From an uncultured Chloroflexia bacterium (GTDB lineage Bacteria; Chloroflexota; Limnocylindria; Limnocylindrales; CSP1-4): a DNA stretch of 64,000 bases. This document shows positions 29,374-38,385 of the stretch, piece by piece. The notes beneath the pieces are model-generated. The model ran no database searches. It was not told the DNA's origin and worked only from the letters and a program-made list of their open reading frames with translations. Position numbers and translations under genes: made by a program. Each line of letters starts with the position of its first letter. Positions within the stretch are counted from its first letter, which is position 1. The stretch spans positions 1,319,345 to 1,383,344 of the forward strand of contig CAVSAP010000006.1 in the NCBI GenBank assembly GCA_963726055.1. Direction: 5' to 3'.

Positions 29374-29680
29374 GCGCTCAGCGGCGCGCAGAACGTTCGT
29401 CGTCGAAGGGATCCTGAAGAAACGGCGCGTCCAGGTTCCCGGAGTGGCGCTGCAGCCGCGCGAGGAACCGCTCTTGCTCGTCGTGGGCCTGTCGCTGACG
29501 CACGATGATTTCGTGCTCTTCCCCTTGCGGACCGGGGCCGGGCACCGTCGCCGTTTGCCGGCGGAGCAACCGAGCAATCAGGCGTCTCACAGCGGTGACA
29601 GTTGTACGGGGCCTCGGTGACGAGCCGGTTGATCTCCACGACGCCCGCGCCGAAACCTCAATCCCGTTCGGTCGCAACCG

Positions 29681-32005
29681 ATGACACGAAGGTGGCGACT
29701 ACTGCGCATCCGCATGCCGACGATCGCAGGCGTCTGCTCTCCAGCCTGGGAGGGCTCGCCGTTCGGCATCGCTTTCCTGAACGCCGACGGTCATGTCGTC
29801 GACAGCAACGAGGCCATGCAGTCGATCACAGGCTACGACGCGGACGAGCTCGCGCTGATGCCGGTCGCGAAGCTACACGCACCCGGACGACAATCCGGAG
29901 AGCGTCGCGAACTTCCGCCGGCTCATCGCCGGCGAGACGGACTCGTACCGGCTCGAGACGCGACTCATCCAGAAGGACGGCGGCGCGGTCTGGGTCGACA
30001 GCTTCGTCACGGCGAGGCAGGAGGCGCCCGGCGCCCCGCGGACCGCACTCTCGATGGTCCAGGACATCACTTCGCGCAAGCTTGCCGAGCTGGCGTTGCG
30101 CGACCAGAACGCCCGCCTGTCGCGCGTGGTGGAGACCCAGGCCGAGATCGCCGCCGCCGACCTCGAGCTCGACGGCGTGTCGCAGCTGATCGCCAAGCGC
30201 GCGCAGGAGCTGACCGGCGCCGACGGCGCAATGGTGAGCATCCTCGACGGCGACGAGCTCTTGACCGCGGCGGCGATCGGAAACAACGCATCGGCGGCTC
30301 GGATCAGCGTCCCGCTCCTCCATCGGCGGGCGAAACGTCGGCTCGCTCAGCGTGGCGAAGGAGGCAGGCGTCGACGACGAGGATTGCCGCACGCTGGAGT
30401 TGCTCGCAGTCCTCCTCTCCATGGCTGTGAGCGTGGCTGCCGAGCGCGAGGCGCGACGCGAGCAGGTCGAGGCGCTCGCGCGCTTCGAGACCATCTTCGA
30501 GCGGGCGCCGATCGGCATCGGCCTCGTCAGCCTGGACGGCCGGCTGGTGAACACGAACTCGGTCATGCGCGAAATCAGCGGCCGGAGCGCGGAGGAGCTC
30601 GCGAGCCGGAATGTGGGCGAGTACACGGTGCCCGAGGACGTCGACCGCGTGGTCGAGCTCTTCGTGGCGATGCTCAACGGAGAGCACGACTCCTACCGGC
30701 ACGAGCATCGGCTCTACTCCAAGGACGGAGAGATCGTCTGGGTCGACTCGGCCACCGTGCTGCTGCGCGACGCGGACGGGAAGCCGCAGGGCGCTGTCTC
30801 GATGGCGCAGAACATCACGCAGCGCCGGGCCGCCGAGGAGCAGCTCCGTCAGTCGCAGAAGATCGAGGCGATCGGCCAGCTCACCGCGGGCATCGCGCAC
30901 GACTTCAACAACCTCCTGCTCGGAATGCTCGGCTACACCGAGCTGGCGCAGGCCGAGGTCGACGCTGACGGCCAGGCGGCCGAGTACCTGCGCCGGATCG
31001 AGTCGAGCGCGCAGCGCGCCGCCACGCTGACGGGCCAGCTGCTCGCCTTCGGCCGGCGCCAGGCCCTCCACCCGCGAGCCGCTCGAGCTGAACGCGCTCG
31101 TCTCCGAGACGGTCGCGATGCTGCGCCGCGTCCTCGGCGAGCGGATCGAGCTCTGACGGTGCTCGACCCCGCGCTCGATGCGGTTCGCGCCGACTCCGGC
31201 CAGATGCAGCAGGTGCTCCTCAACCTCGCGCTGAACGCGCGCGACGCGATGCCCGACGGCGGCACGCTGACGATCCGGACGAGCAACGCCGAAGTCGGTG
31301 CCGACGATCCTCGCAGCCTCGAGCTCGAGCCCGGACGGTACGTCGTCCTCTCGGTCGAGGATCAGGGCTGCGGGATGACGCGCGAGGTCAGCGACCGGAT
31401 CTTCGACCCGTTCTTCACGACCAAGAGCGTCGGCAAGGGGACCGGCCTCGGGCTCTCGAGCACGTACGGAATCGTGAAGCAGAGCGGCGGCCACATCGAG
31501 GTCGTGAGCGAGCCGGGCCGGGGCAGCACGTTCGACAGCTACCTGCCGGCCGTTCCTGCCGCGGCGCTCGCCGAGGCGAGAGCCCGTGGCGCCGGAGCCG
31601 CCGCGGGCGCTCAGCCAGGCGCCGGAGGGCGCCGGCCGCCGGATCCTCGTCGTCGAGGACGAGGAGGTCGTGCGGACACTGCTCGCACGGACGCTCGAGC
31701 GGCTCGGCTACGTGGTCGAGACGGCGGAGGAGCCCTCGGTGGCGCTGCCGAAGCTCCGCGAGCGCGGCGACGAGTTCGCGCTCGTGATCTCCGACATGGT
31801 GATGCCGAATACGACCGGAGCCGAGTTCGCGCGCCAGGTCGCGGAGTGGAAGCCCGAGCTGCCGTTCATCTTCATGTCCGGCTACACGGAGGACGTCGTT
31901 GCGCAGTCGGGTGCCGCGGGGTCGTTCCTGCAGAAGCCGTTCACCTCGGAGATGCTCGCGAGCACCGTGCGCGAGGCGCTCGAGCGGTCCGCCAAGCCCG
32001 CCTAG
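29681..32005 (+). pseudogene. hybrid sensor histidine kinase (PAS-GAF-PAS-HisKA-HATPase-receiver), at least 5 frame breaks
   Basis: H-box AHDFNNLL, N-box LNLALNARDAM, G-box GTGLGLS, receiver ILVVEDEE...DMVMP. Breaks lie near 29878, 30325, 31075, 31155 and 31580. The start is uncertain. Confidence 0.75.
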
Positions 32006-32009
32006 GCCT

Positions 32010-33699
32010 TAGATCAGGCGGATGCCCGTGACGCGGCGGATCTCGTCGATCGAGGAGATGCCTGCCAGCGCGATGCGCATGCCGTCGTCGCGGATCGTCG
32101 TCATTCCCTGGCGCATGCGCGGCAGCAAAGATCTCGGCTGCTGAGGCCTCGACGAGCGCGCGGACCTCGCCCTGCACCGTCATTACCTCGCGCAACGCGA
32201 TCCGGCCCGAGTACCCCGTCCCGTTGCATTGCGCACAACCCACCGCGGAGTAGAGGACGACCTCGCCCAGAATCTCCTTGGCGCTCTTGAGGCCGAGGTC
32301 TCTCGACTGCGCCGTATACGGGCTGCGGCATTCAGTGCAAAGCCGGCGGGCAAGCCGCTGCGCGACAACGCTGTTCAGCGAGCTCGCGATCAGGGAAGGG
32401 TCGACTCCCATGTCGCGGAGGCGCGCGATCGCGCTCGCGGCGTTGTAGGCGTGCAGGGACGTCAGGACGAGGTGTCCGGTCATCGCGGCCTGGATGGCGA
32501 TCGACGCCGTCTCGGCATCGCGGATCTCGCCGACGAGGAGCACGTCGGGATCGCTACGCAGGATCGTGCGGAGGCCGCGCGCAAAGCTCAGTCCACCCTT
32601 GACGTCGACCTCGATCTGGTTGATCCCGTCCAGCCGGTACTCGACCGGATCCTCGATCGTCATCACGACGCGTTCCGGTGTGTTCAGATGATCGACTGCG
32701 CCGTAGAGCGTCGTCGTCTTTCCGGAGCCGGTCGGGCCGCACACGATCACGGCGCCGTAGGGCTGCTCGATCGAGGTCTTGAACGCCTCCTCGCGCCATG
32801 GCCTCCATCTCGAGCTCGGCGAGCGTAGGTGTCCGGTCGCCGCGGCCGAGGATCCGCAGCACGATCTGCTCGCCGTGGGTGGTGGTGAGAACCGCGATCC
32901 GCAGATCGATCGGGCCGGAGCCGAAGAACGCTGAGACGCGCCCGTCCTGCGGCGAGCGCCGGTCCGCGATGTTCAGCTTGCCCATGATCTTCAAACGGCT
33001 GGCGACCGCGGGCTGCATGTGCTTCGGGATCGTCGCGAGCTCGCGCATCACACCGTCGACGCGGATGCGAACGATCATCTCATTGCGCTGCGGCTCGAAA
33101 TGAATGTCCGAAGCTCCCTCTTCGACTGCGGTTCTGAGCAAGGAGTTGACGAGGGTGATCGTTGGCGCGCTCGAGGCCATGTCGCGGAGGTCGTGAACCA
33201 CCTGGTCCTCGCTCGCGGCGGTCTGCTCGGTGTCTTCGGCGATCAGCTCGAGCGACTGCCGGTACGCCCGTGAGATCGCCAGGTCGATCTGCTTGCGCTC
33301 TGCGACCGCAAGCCGGAAGTTCGCCCCGAGAGCGAAGCGAAGGTCGTCCGCGTTCGCCAGGTTGGTGGGGTCGGTCACGGCGAGCAGCAGGACCCCGTCG
33401 TCGAGAATCCTGATCGGCAGCGCCTCGTAGCGGCGCGCGAGCGTTTCGGTCAGGAGGGCGACTGCGTCGCGATCGAGCTTCAATCCCTCCAGGTCGACGT
33501 ATTCGAGGCCGTACTGCTCCGCGAGCGCGCCTGCGATGGCGCGCTCCGTCGTGAAGCCGAGCTCGACGATGATCTCGCCGAGGCGCTTTCCGCTCTCAGC
33601 CTTCTCGGCCAGGGCGAAATCGAGCTGCTCCTGCGTCAGCACGCGGCCGTCGGTGAGCAGGCGGCCGAGCGGGACCCAGGTGAGCCCGGGGACGATCAC
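32010..33699 (-). pseudogene. GspE/PilB-family secretion ATPase, two frame breaks
   Basis: N-terminal MshEN-like domain (LGEIIVELGFTTERAIAGALAEQYG), Walker A GPTGSGKTTT, tetracysteine CTEC...CAQC. Breaks lie near 32790 and 32125. The true stop, TAA at 32010-32012, is reached only after the second break. Confidence 0.8.
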
Positions 33700-33818
33700 C
33701 GTGGGATCGGACTGGATGGGGGAGTCAACGGATTCGATACGCGCGTCATCGGCCGGACCGGCCCCGAAATCGACCCCAATCGAGTTAGGCCACTCGGCCC
33801 ACTCCGGCGAACGTGAAA

Positions 33819-33853
33819 CGCCTCGCGCCCCGCGCGTGGCGGGACGCGAGGCG
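33819..33853 (-). terminator. hairpin plus T-tract after the 362-aa hypothetical gene
   Basis: CGCCTCGCG/CGCGAGGCG 9-bp stem, followed on the minus strand by TTTCAC. Confidence 0.5.
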
Positions 33854-33864
33854 ATGCCCTCCGA

Positions 33865-34866
33865 CTAGCCTGTCGCCTCGTACTGCGCGAGGACCGTGAC
33901 CCCTGCGGAGGCGGCGCGGTCGATCGGGATCGGGCTGACTCCGGACGAGGCGCTGAAGTACGCACGGACGCCGGGGAGCATGCCGCCGGCGCTGCTGTAG
34001 CCCTTGCCGCCGCCGAGCACGGCGCCGCTGGCGTCGAAGACGACGGTGAAGACCGTCGCGCTCGAGAGCAGCTTCGTCGGATGGTCGTTCGTGATCTGGC
34101 CGACGACTGCCCCGACCCAGCCTGGATCGTAAAGCGCCTGCTGCACCAGTACGTCCGAGGTGGCCGGGCCGAGCTTGGCCGCCAGGTCCTGGCCGCCGAT
34201 CCGCGTAATGATCTCGAGCGTGGAGACCGGCGTGCTGTCCGGAATCGAAGTCGCGCCGCCGAGATAGAAGTCCGTACCGGCGCCGACGGCCCCGATCAGC
34301 TCGCTCTGCGTCGCGACGACGCGATTGGTCGAGTCGATGAAGTTGACGATCACCGAGACGCCGAGCGCGTCCTTCTCAGGAGAGTCGTTCGAGAGCACGA
34401 TCCCATAGCTGACCTCGCGCTGAATCGAGCGAACGCGCTGCGAGAAGCCGCTCTTCTTGACCACGACCCTGGCGGGCGCTGCGGGTGGCCCGACGACCGC
34501 GAAGCTCCGCGTGACCTTGCCCGCACGACCGCACTTGACGGTTGCACTGGCGGAGCCGATCCGCGCCTTCGCGGGAATCTTGAAGGTCCAGGAGGCGCGA
34601 TTGCCGCGGGCGATGGTTGGCTTGAGCGCCTGGGTCGCTCCGTTCGCGTAGCGGATGGTCGGGACGCAGCGCACGCCGCTAGGGCGCGCGGTCACCGACA
34701 GCGAGGCTGGCTGTCCCTGGAAGGCTTTCTGGGGAAGGAAGCGGAAGCCGACGCTCGAGCCGGCGTCAACAGCAGCCCCGGCAGAGGTGGTGAGAATGAG
34801 CCCTAAGAAAGCGGCTACGAGAACTGGGCGAGCGTGCACAGGAAAACCTCCATGGGGGAATTTCAT
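33865..34866 (-). CDS. secreted hypothetical protein
   Basis: MKFPHGGFPVHARPVLVAAFLGLILTTSAGAA signal-like N-terminus. Good GC3 throughout and no recognisable domain. The start could instead be 34935. Confidence 0.5.
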   Translation of the reverse strand: MKFPHGGFPVHARPVLVAAFLGLILTTSAGAAVDAGSSVGFRFLPQKAFQGQPASLSVTARPSGVRCVPTIRYANGATQALKPTIARGNRASWTFKIPAKARIGSASATVKCGRAGKVTRSFAVVGPPAAPARVVVKKSGFSQRVRSIQREVSYGIVLSNDSPEKDALGVSVIVNFIDSTNRVVATQSELIGAVGAGTDFYLGGATSIPDSTPVSTLEIITRIGGQDLAAKLGPATSDVLVQQALYDPGWVGAVVGQITNDHPTKLLSSATVFTVVFDASGAVLGGGKGYSSAGGMLPGVRAYFSASSGVSPIPIDRAASAGVTVLAQYEATG

Positions 34867-35027
34867 TTTCAGACCGTGCCGCCATGACGGATCTTGTGCG
34901 TCGCTGAGCGCGTGGGCATCCCCCTTCAGAGTCATCTTCCTTGTTACAACCAATACGCGGAATTGGGGATCCCCCGCGGGCGAACGTGGGCATCGACGCG
35001 GGGGGCGGTCCGGACGACTATCCGAGC

Positions 35028-36200
35028 ATGATGATTGAGCCTGCGGCGCTCACCTTGTCGGCCCCCACCGACCTCCAACTCCCACCCGTCACCGACATCG
35101 GTCGCGACGACGGTCTTGCGCTGGTGGAGAAGCAGGTCGTCGCCGCCGAGCAGGCGGTGACCGATTCGCGGTACGACGATGCGATCGCCTTGCTCGGTGA
35201 GGTGTCGATCGCCCCCGCGCAGTACCCGGATCTCGCGCTGCGAGCGCTCTTTGCCGGCTCCTGGGCGCGGATGTACCGCGGCGAGCTGGACGAGGCGCTG
35301 ACGATGCTGCAGACCGCGAAGGAGGTCGTGCACCGTCCGGGCTTCAACGACCTCGACCGCGCGCAGGTGCTCTGCCGGATCGGCGCTGTCCGCGTCAAGC
35401 GCGGAGCGATCTCGAGAGCCATCAACGACCTTTCCCTCGCGCTCGAGCTCTGCGAGCGCTCAGGCCGACCGTGCGACCGCCTCCGCGCTGAGATCTACGA
35501 CTGGCGGTCGCGCTGCTACCAGCGTCAGCGAGACTTCAACGCCGCGCGCGCCGACGTCGAGGCCGCGCTCGAGCTCGCCGACAGCATCAGCGACACGATC
35601 GTCGCGGCGGACATCAACTTCCGCGCCTCGTCGATCGCCGAGCGCGAAGGCAAATGGCTGGTCGCACGCACCTACGCAGAGCGCGCCAAGGATCTCTACG
35701 AGCAGGCCGGTGACCGGGCCAACGTGGGCCGCGTCCTGAACGATCTCGGTGGGATCCTGTTCCTGCTCGGCAAGCACGACGAGGCGATCGACTACCTCAA
35801 GGAATCCGTGTCCGTGCTCTTCGATGCTGCCGGCGACGTCGAGACCGGTTACGCCGTCTCCTCGCTCGCGCAGGTGTATCTGCGAACCGGCGACGCCACG
35901 CGCGCCGAGGAGCAGGCTCAGATCGCCCTCGGTCTGCTCGATGGCCGTGAGGACGTCCTCGAGGAGATCGGCAACGTCCAGCTCGTCCTTGGGCGTGCAC
36001 TGAGCCAGCTCGAGCGGCTCGACGAGGCCGAGGATGCGTTCGCGGCCGCAGAGGCATCGTTCTCGACCCGCGAGTCGATCAGCCTTCTCGCCGCCGCCTG
36101 GATGGCGCGCGGCGAGCTCGCCTCAGCCCGCGAAGACTCTGTCAGTGCTGCTGCGCTCTATCGCAAGGCGGCCGAAGCCCTCCAGGACTTCTACTTCTAG
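35028..36200 (+). CDS. TPR-repeat protein (~390 aa, no DNA-binding domain), Rap-like in size and layout
   Basis: Intact ORF with repeated 34-residue-like helical pairs (e.g. AEIYDWRSRCYQRQRDFNAARADVEAALELAD; VGRVLNDLGGILFLLGKHDEAIDYLKESV). The start is uncertain (ATG 35028 or GTG 34986). Confidence 0.6.
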   Translation: MMIEPAALTLSAPTDLQLPPVTDIGRDDGLALVEKQVVAAEQAVTDSRYDDAIALLGEVSIAPAQYPDLALRALFAGSWARMYRGELDEALTMLQTAKEVVHRPGFNDLDRAQVLCRIGAVRVKRGAISRAINDLSLALELCERSGRPCDRLRAEIYDWRSRCYQRQRDFNAARADVEAALELADSISDTIVAADINFRASSIAEREGKWLVARTYAERAKDLYEQAGDRANVGRVLNDLGGILFLLGKHDEAIDYLKESVSVLFDAAGDVETGYAVSSLAQVYLRTGDATRAEEQAQIALGLLDGREDVLEEIGNVQLVLGRALSQLERLDEAEDAFAAAEASFSTRESISLLAAAWMARGELASAREDSVSAAALYRKAAEALQDFYF

Positions 36201-36215
36201 GAAGGAGGTACCACC

Positions 36216-36311
36216 TTGCGAAAGATCACACCCCTCTCTGTTCTGATCTTCCTCGTCACGAGCGCCGCCTTCCTTGCGAAGGTCAAGTACGGCTTCTTCG
36301 GCGGTAAGTAA
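36216..36311 (+). CDS. 31-codon small ORF: signal-peptide-like hydrophobic N-terminus plus KVKYGFFGGK tail
   Basis: Not in the ORF track because it is too short. GAAGGAGG (36201-36208) is followed 7 nt later by TTG 36216. The product is MRKITPLSVLIFLVTSAAFLAKVKYGFFGGK with stop TAA 36309-36311. GC3 is about 83% (25 of 30 codons). Confidence 0.5.
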   Translation: MRKITPLSVLIFLVTSAAFLAKVKYGFFGGK

Positions 36312-36330
36312 CTCCCCACGTTCCTCGCGC

Positions 36331-36378
36331 GGGGTCGGGATTCTCGGAAGCGGATCCCGATCCCGCCACCCCCTTTTT
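36331..36378 (+). terminator. hairpin followed by T5 after the small ORF
   Basis: TCGGGAT/ATCCCGA stem (36335-36341/36354-36360) with flanking GGGGT/ACCCC, then CCCCCTTTTT ending at 36378. Confidence 0.4.
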
Positions 36379-36440
36379 GGCCCACCTCGCGGCTGCTGCT
36401 CACTCTGCGGTCTATCCGAACTCCCCAGGAGGTTCCCTAC

Positions 36441-37133
36441 GTGCTTCGCACTCCCCTTCGTACTGCGCTCGTCTCGATCGCTGCGGCTCTCACTGTGGTG
36501 ACATCCGCCGCTGCGATCACCGGGTCGACCCCGGACGGTGAAGCACATCCTTATGTCGGCGCGCTCGTCATCGATGGGTCGGTTGCCTGTTCAGGCGTGT
36601 TGATCGCTCCCAATGTCTTCGCGACCGCCGGCCACTGCGGCGCGGACGGCACCCGTGTCGAGGTCAGCCTCAACTCCAAGCTCGACGACAGCTGGACCCT
36701 CGTGCAGGGGACCCTCGAGGTGGACGCCGCCAGGCGTTCCGACCTCGCCGTGGTGGTTCTCGATGCTGCGTCCGTTGTCGCACCGGCCGCTCTGCCAACG
36801 GCCGACTCGGTGGCCACGCTCCGTCGCAAGGACGTCGTCACGAGCGTCGGCTACGGCTACTCGAGCCAGGCCGCGGACGGCAGCTGGGTCTACGACGGCC
36901 TTCGGCGCGTCGCCGACTCGCCCGTCGTCGACGTCACCAGGAAGATGCTGAAGATCTCGACCAGACGGGCGGGCCCGTGCATGGGCGACTCCGGCGGACC
37001 CCAGCTCAGGGGCAACGTCGTCCTCTCCGTGACGTCCGGCGGTCCGAAGGACTGCACGGGCCGCACCGAGGGCTATCGCCTCGATACGGCGTCCGCGCGC
37101 ACCTTCCTCGAGCAGTTCGTCACGCTTCCGTAA
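36441..37133 (+). CDS. secreted trypsin-like (S1) serine protease
   Basis: SD AGGAGG (36427-36432) before GTG 36441. Signal peptide present. Catalytic triad contexts are TAGHC, DLAVV and GDSGGP. Confidence 0.8.
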   Translation: MLRTPLRTALVSIAAALTVVTSAAAITGSTPDGEAHPYVGALVIDGSVACSGVLIAPNVFATAGHCGADGTRVEVSLNSKLDDSWTLVQGTLEVDAARRSDLAVVVLDAASVVAPAALPTADSVATLRRKDVVTSVGYGYSSQAADGSWVYDGLRRVADSPVVDVTRKMLKISTRRAGPCMGDSGGPQLRGNVVLSVTSGGPKDCTGRTEGYRLDTASARTFLEQFVTLP

Positions 37134-37137
37134 CGCC

Positions 37138-37195
37138 GGCGCGAGCAGCATCGTCGAAGCGGCATGGAAATGTTGCCGACGGTGCTGCTCGCGCC
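37138..37195. terminator. bidirectional terminator: perfect 13-bp stem with an inner hairpin
   Basis: GGCGCGAGCAGCA (37138-37150) pairs with TGCTGCTCGCGCC (37183-37195). The inner hairpin is CGGCA-N9-TGCCG. It sits between convergent genes. Confidence 0.55.
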
Positions 37196-37201
37196 GATCT
37201 C

Positions 37202-37354
37202 TTAGCCGCGCGGCGTCCCGGCGTCGCAGTGCTGGGGCTCTCCCTCGCAGCAGCCGAGCTTCAGGCGACAGCGTGGGCACTGCCAGGTGCCGTGGCGCCA
37301 GTCCATCGCCGCGCTGCAGCGGAGGCAGTGCTCGACGGCGACCGTTTTCTCCAT
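37202..37354 (-). CDS. small Cys-rich zinc-ribbon-like protein (50 aa)
   Basis: MEKTVAVEHCLRCSAAMDWRHGTWQCPRCRLKLGCCEGEPQHCDAGTPRG carries CxxC...CxxC. The SD is weak (AGGGG). Confidence 0.35.
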   Translation of the reverse strand: MEKTVAVEHCLRCSAAMDWRHGTWQCPRCRLKLGCCEGEPQHCDAGTPRG

Positions 37355-37364
37355 ACCCCTGAGC

Positions 37365-37424
37365 GTAAAAGAGACCCCGGACGGGGCCTCCGCAAACGCA
37401 ACGGGCGCCCACGAGAGGGCGCCC
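37365..37424 (-). terminator. two tandem hairpins downstream of the 21-codon ORF
   Basis: GGGCGCCC-ACGAGA-GGGCGCCC (37403-37424), then GAGGCCCCGTCCGGGGTCTC (37371-37390) followed on the minus strand by TCTTTT. Confidence 0.45.
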
Positions 37425-37436
37425 GGTTTCGTCGTC

Positions 37437-37502
37437 TTAGAGGAGCCAGACCAGCAGAAGGATGACGACAATGAGCGTAATGAGACCGCCACCGATGTAC
37501 AT
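37437..37502 (-). CDS. 21-codon hydrophobic peptide ORF
   Basis: Not in the ORF track. AGGAGG, then 5 nt, then ATG (37500-37502). The product is MYIGGGLITLIVVILLLVWLL, with stop TAA. Two hairpins lie downstream. Confidence 0.45.
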   Translation of the reverse strand: MYIGGGLITLIVVILLLVWLL

Positions 37503-37586
37503 TCGGGCCTCCTGTTTTTTGATTGACGCAGCTACAACGTCCGAGGCTGGGGAGGGGTTACGGAGGGGTCGCTACGATGGCGCGGC

Positions 37587-37657
37587 GGCGCCGTGGCCGA
37601 GTGGTTAGGCAGAGGCCTGCAAAGCCTCGTACAGCGGTTCGAGTCCGCTCGGCGCCT
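37587..37657 (+). tRNA. tRNA-Cys (GCA)
   Basis: Manual cloverleaf: acceptor GGCGCCG/CGGCGCC, D-arm GCCG-AGTGGTT-AGGC, anticodon arm GAGGC-CTGCAAA-GCCTC, 4-nt variable loop, T-arm AGCGG-TTCGAGT-CCGCT, discriminator U73. CCA is not encoded. Confidence 0.95.
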
Positions 37658-37786
37658 CTCTTGCCTGAGGAGCCGCTCCTCCTCAACGGACACGTTGCCG
37701 GAGTCGCGGCCGAACTGCAGATCCTGCTCTTGAGTTATGCGAACGAACGCCGACTGTTGCCGTTGTTGCCACGCCGGTAGGCGACG

Positions 37787-37981
37787 CTAGGGCATTCGGC
37801 AGACGATCTTGCCCGCGTACGGCCCGTTGCCGGGCGACGCATCCGTCTGCGTCACCAAGCACGTTCCGTATTTGGTTTCGATCGTCTCGCCTACCCCCGG
37901 GAGCCGCGGAAGCTCGACGTCCTGGACGTCTTTCCAGTCTGGCGTCTCAATCGTGATCATGAACCGTTTGATGGTCCACAT
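37787..37981 (-). CDS. hypothetical small protein (57-64 aa)
   Basis: MITIETPDWKDVQDVELPRLPGVGETIETKYGTCLVTQTDASPGNGPYAGKIVCRMP. No SD and no recognisable motif. It lies 37 nt downstream of the 38018 gene. Confidence 0.3.
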   Translation of the reverse strand: MWTIKRFMITIETPDWKDVQDVELPRLPGVGETIETKYGTCLVTQTDASPGNGPYAGKIVCRMP

Positions 37982-38017
37982 AATGCAGGACGACGTGGCC
38001 GGCCGTTCCTGCCTTCC

Positions 38018-38269
38018 CTAGGTGTATTTCACGTTCACACTTGAAATCACACGAGTGCCACGGTCTCGCACGGCGCGGAGTGTCGGGTCCCAACCCCCCG
38101 AGGCGTTGATCATCAGGTAATTGGTGAGGTGACCGTACTCGTGCGCCGTCGTGCCGCGCGGTGGCGGCTTCTTTGACGCGCCCGCCGATGCGACGGGCGC
38201 TGCCGAGACGGCGAGCGCCGTGATGGCGGCGAGGATGCTGAGTGAGCGGATCATCACGTTGCCTGTCAT
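38018..38269 (-). CDS. small secreted protein (83 aa) with an HEYGH motif
   Basis: SD GGGAGGAAG before ATG 38269. MTGNVMIRSLSILAAITALAVSAAPVASA is followed by GASKKPPPRGTTAHEYGHLTNYLMINASGGW... The leader is nearly identical to that of the 27563 gene. Confidence 0.45.
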   Translation of the reverse strand: MTGNVMIRSLSILAAITALAVSAAPVASAGASKKPPPRGTTAHEYGHLTNYLMINASGGWDPTLRAVRDRGTRVISSVNVKYT

Positions 38270-38385
38270 GACTTCCTCCCTTCGTTGATGTCCCTGCTCG
38301 CTTGGACACCGGGGAGGGGCTGCGCATTCCCGCGCATCGTCGTTCGAGCCGGTCAACCTACGCCGGAATCCGCTAAAGTCCGTTC

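Noticed and set aside
29370-29680. Two overlapping small minus-strand ORFs: VEINRLVTEAPYNCHRCETPDCSV... and VRRLIARLLRRQ...EEHEIIVRQRQAHDEQERFLARLQRHSGNLDAPFLQDPFDDE.
   Set aside because: Only one CxxC half-motif is present, with no SD and no recognisable family. The two frames cannot be joined convincingly, so I left the region unannotated.
32010-33699. The PilB/GspE ATPase as part of a pilus or type II secretion cluster.
   Set aside because: No PilC/GspF platform, pilin, prepilin peptidase or PilM-like genes flank it. The neighbours are a histidine kinase and an uncharacterised secreted protein, so I treat it as an orphan ATPase.
36312-36440. A 6C-type or other C-rich small RNA between the 31-codon ORF and the protease gene.
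   Set aside because: Only short C-runs are present, without the two C-rich hairpin loops characteristic of 6C RNA. The structure is adequately explained as a terminator.
37523-37578. A sigma-70-type promoter for tRNA-Cys (TTGACG at 37523-37528, TACGAT at 37573-37578).
   Set aside because: The spacing between the two hexamers is about 44 nt, and no acceptable -35 lies 17 nt upstream of TACGAT. This cannot be supported without transcription start site data.
38342-38354. GTTCGAGCCGGTC as a degenerate direct repeat of the tRNA-Cys 3' end (attR).
   Set aside because: It is only about a 13-nt match to GGTTCGAGTCCGCTC and needs a gap, which is too short and imperfect in GC-rich DNA.
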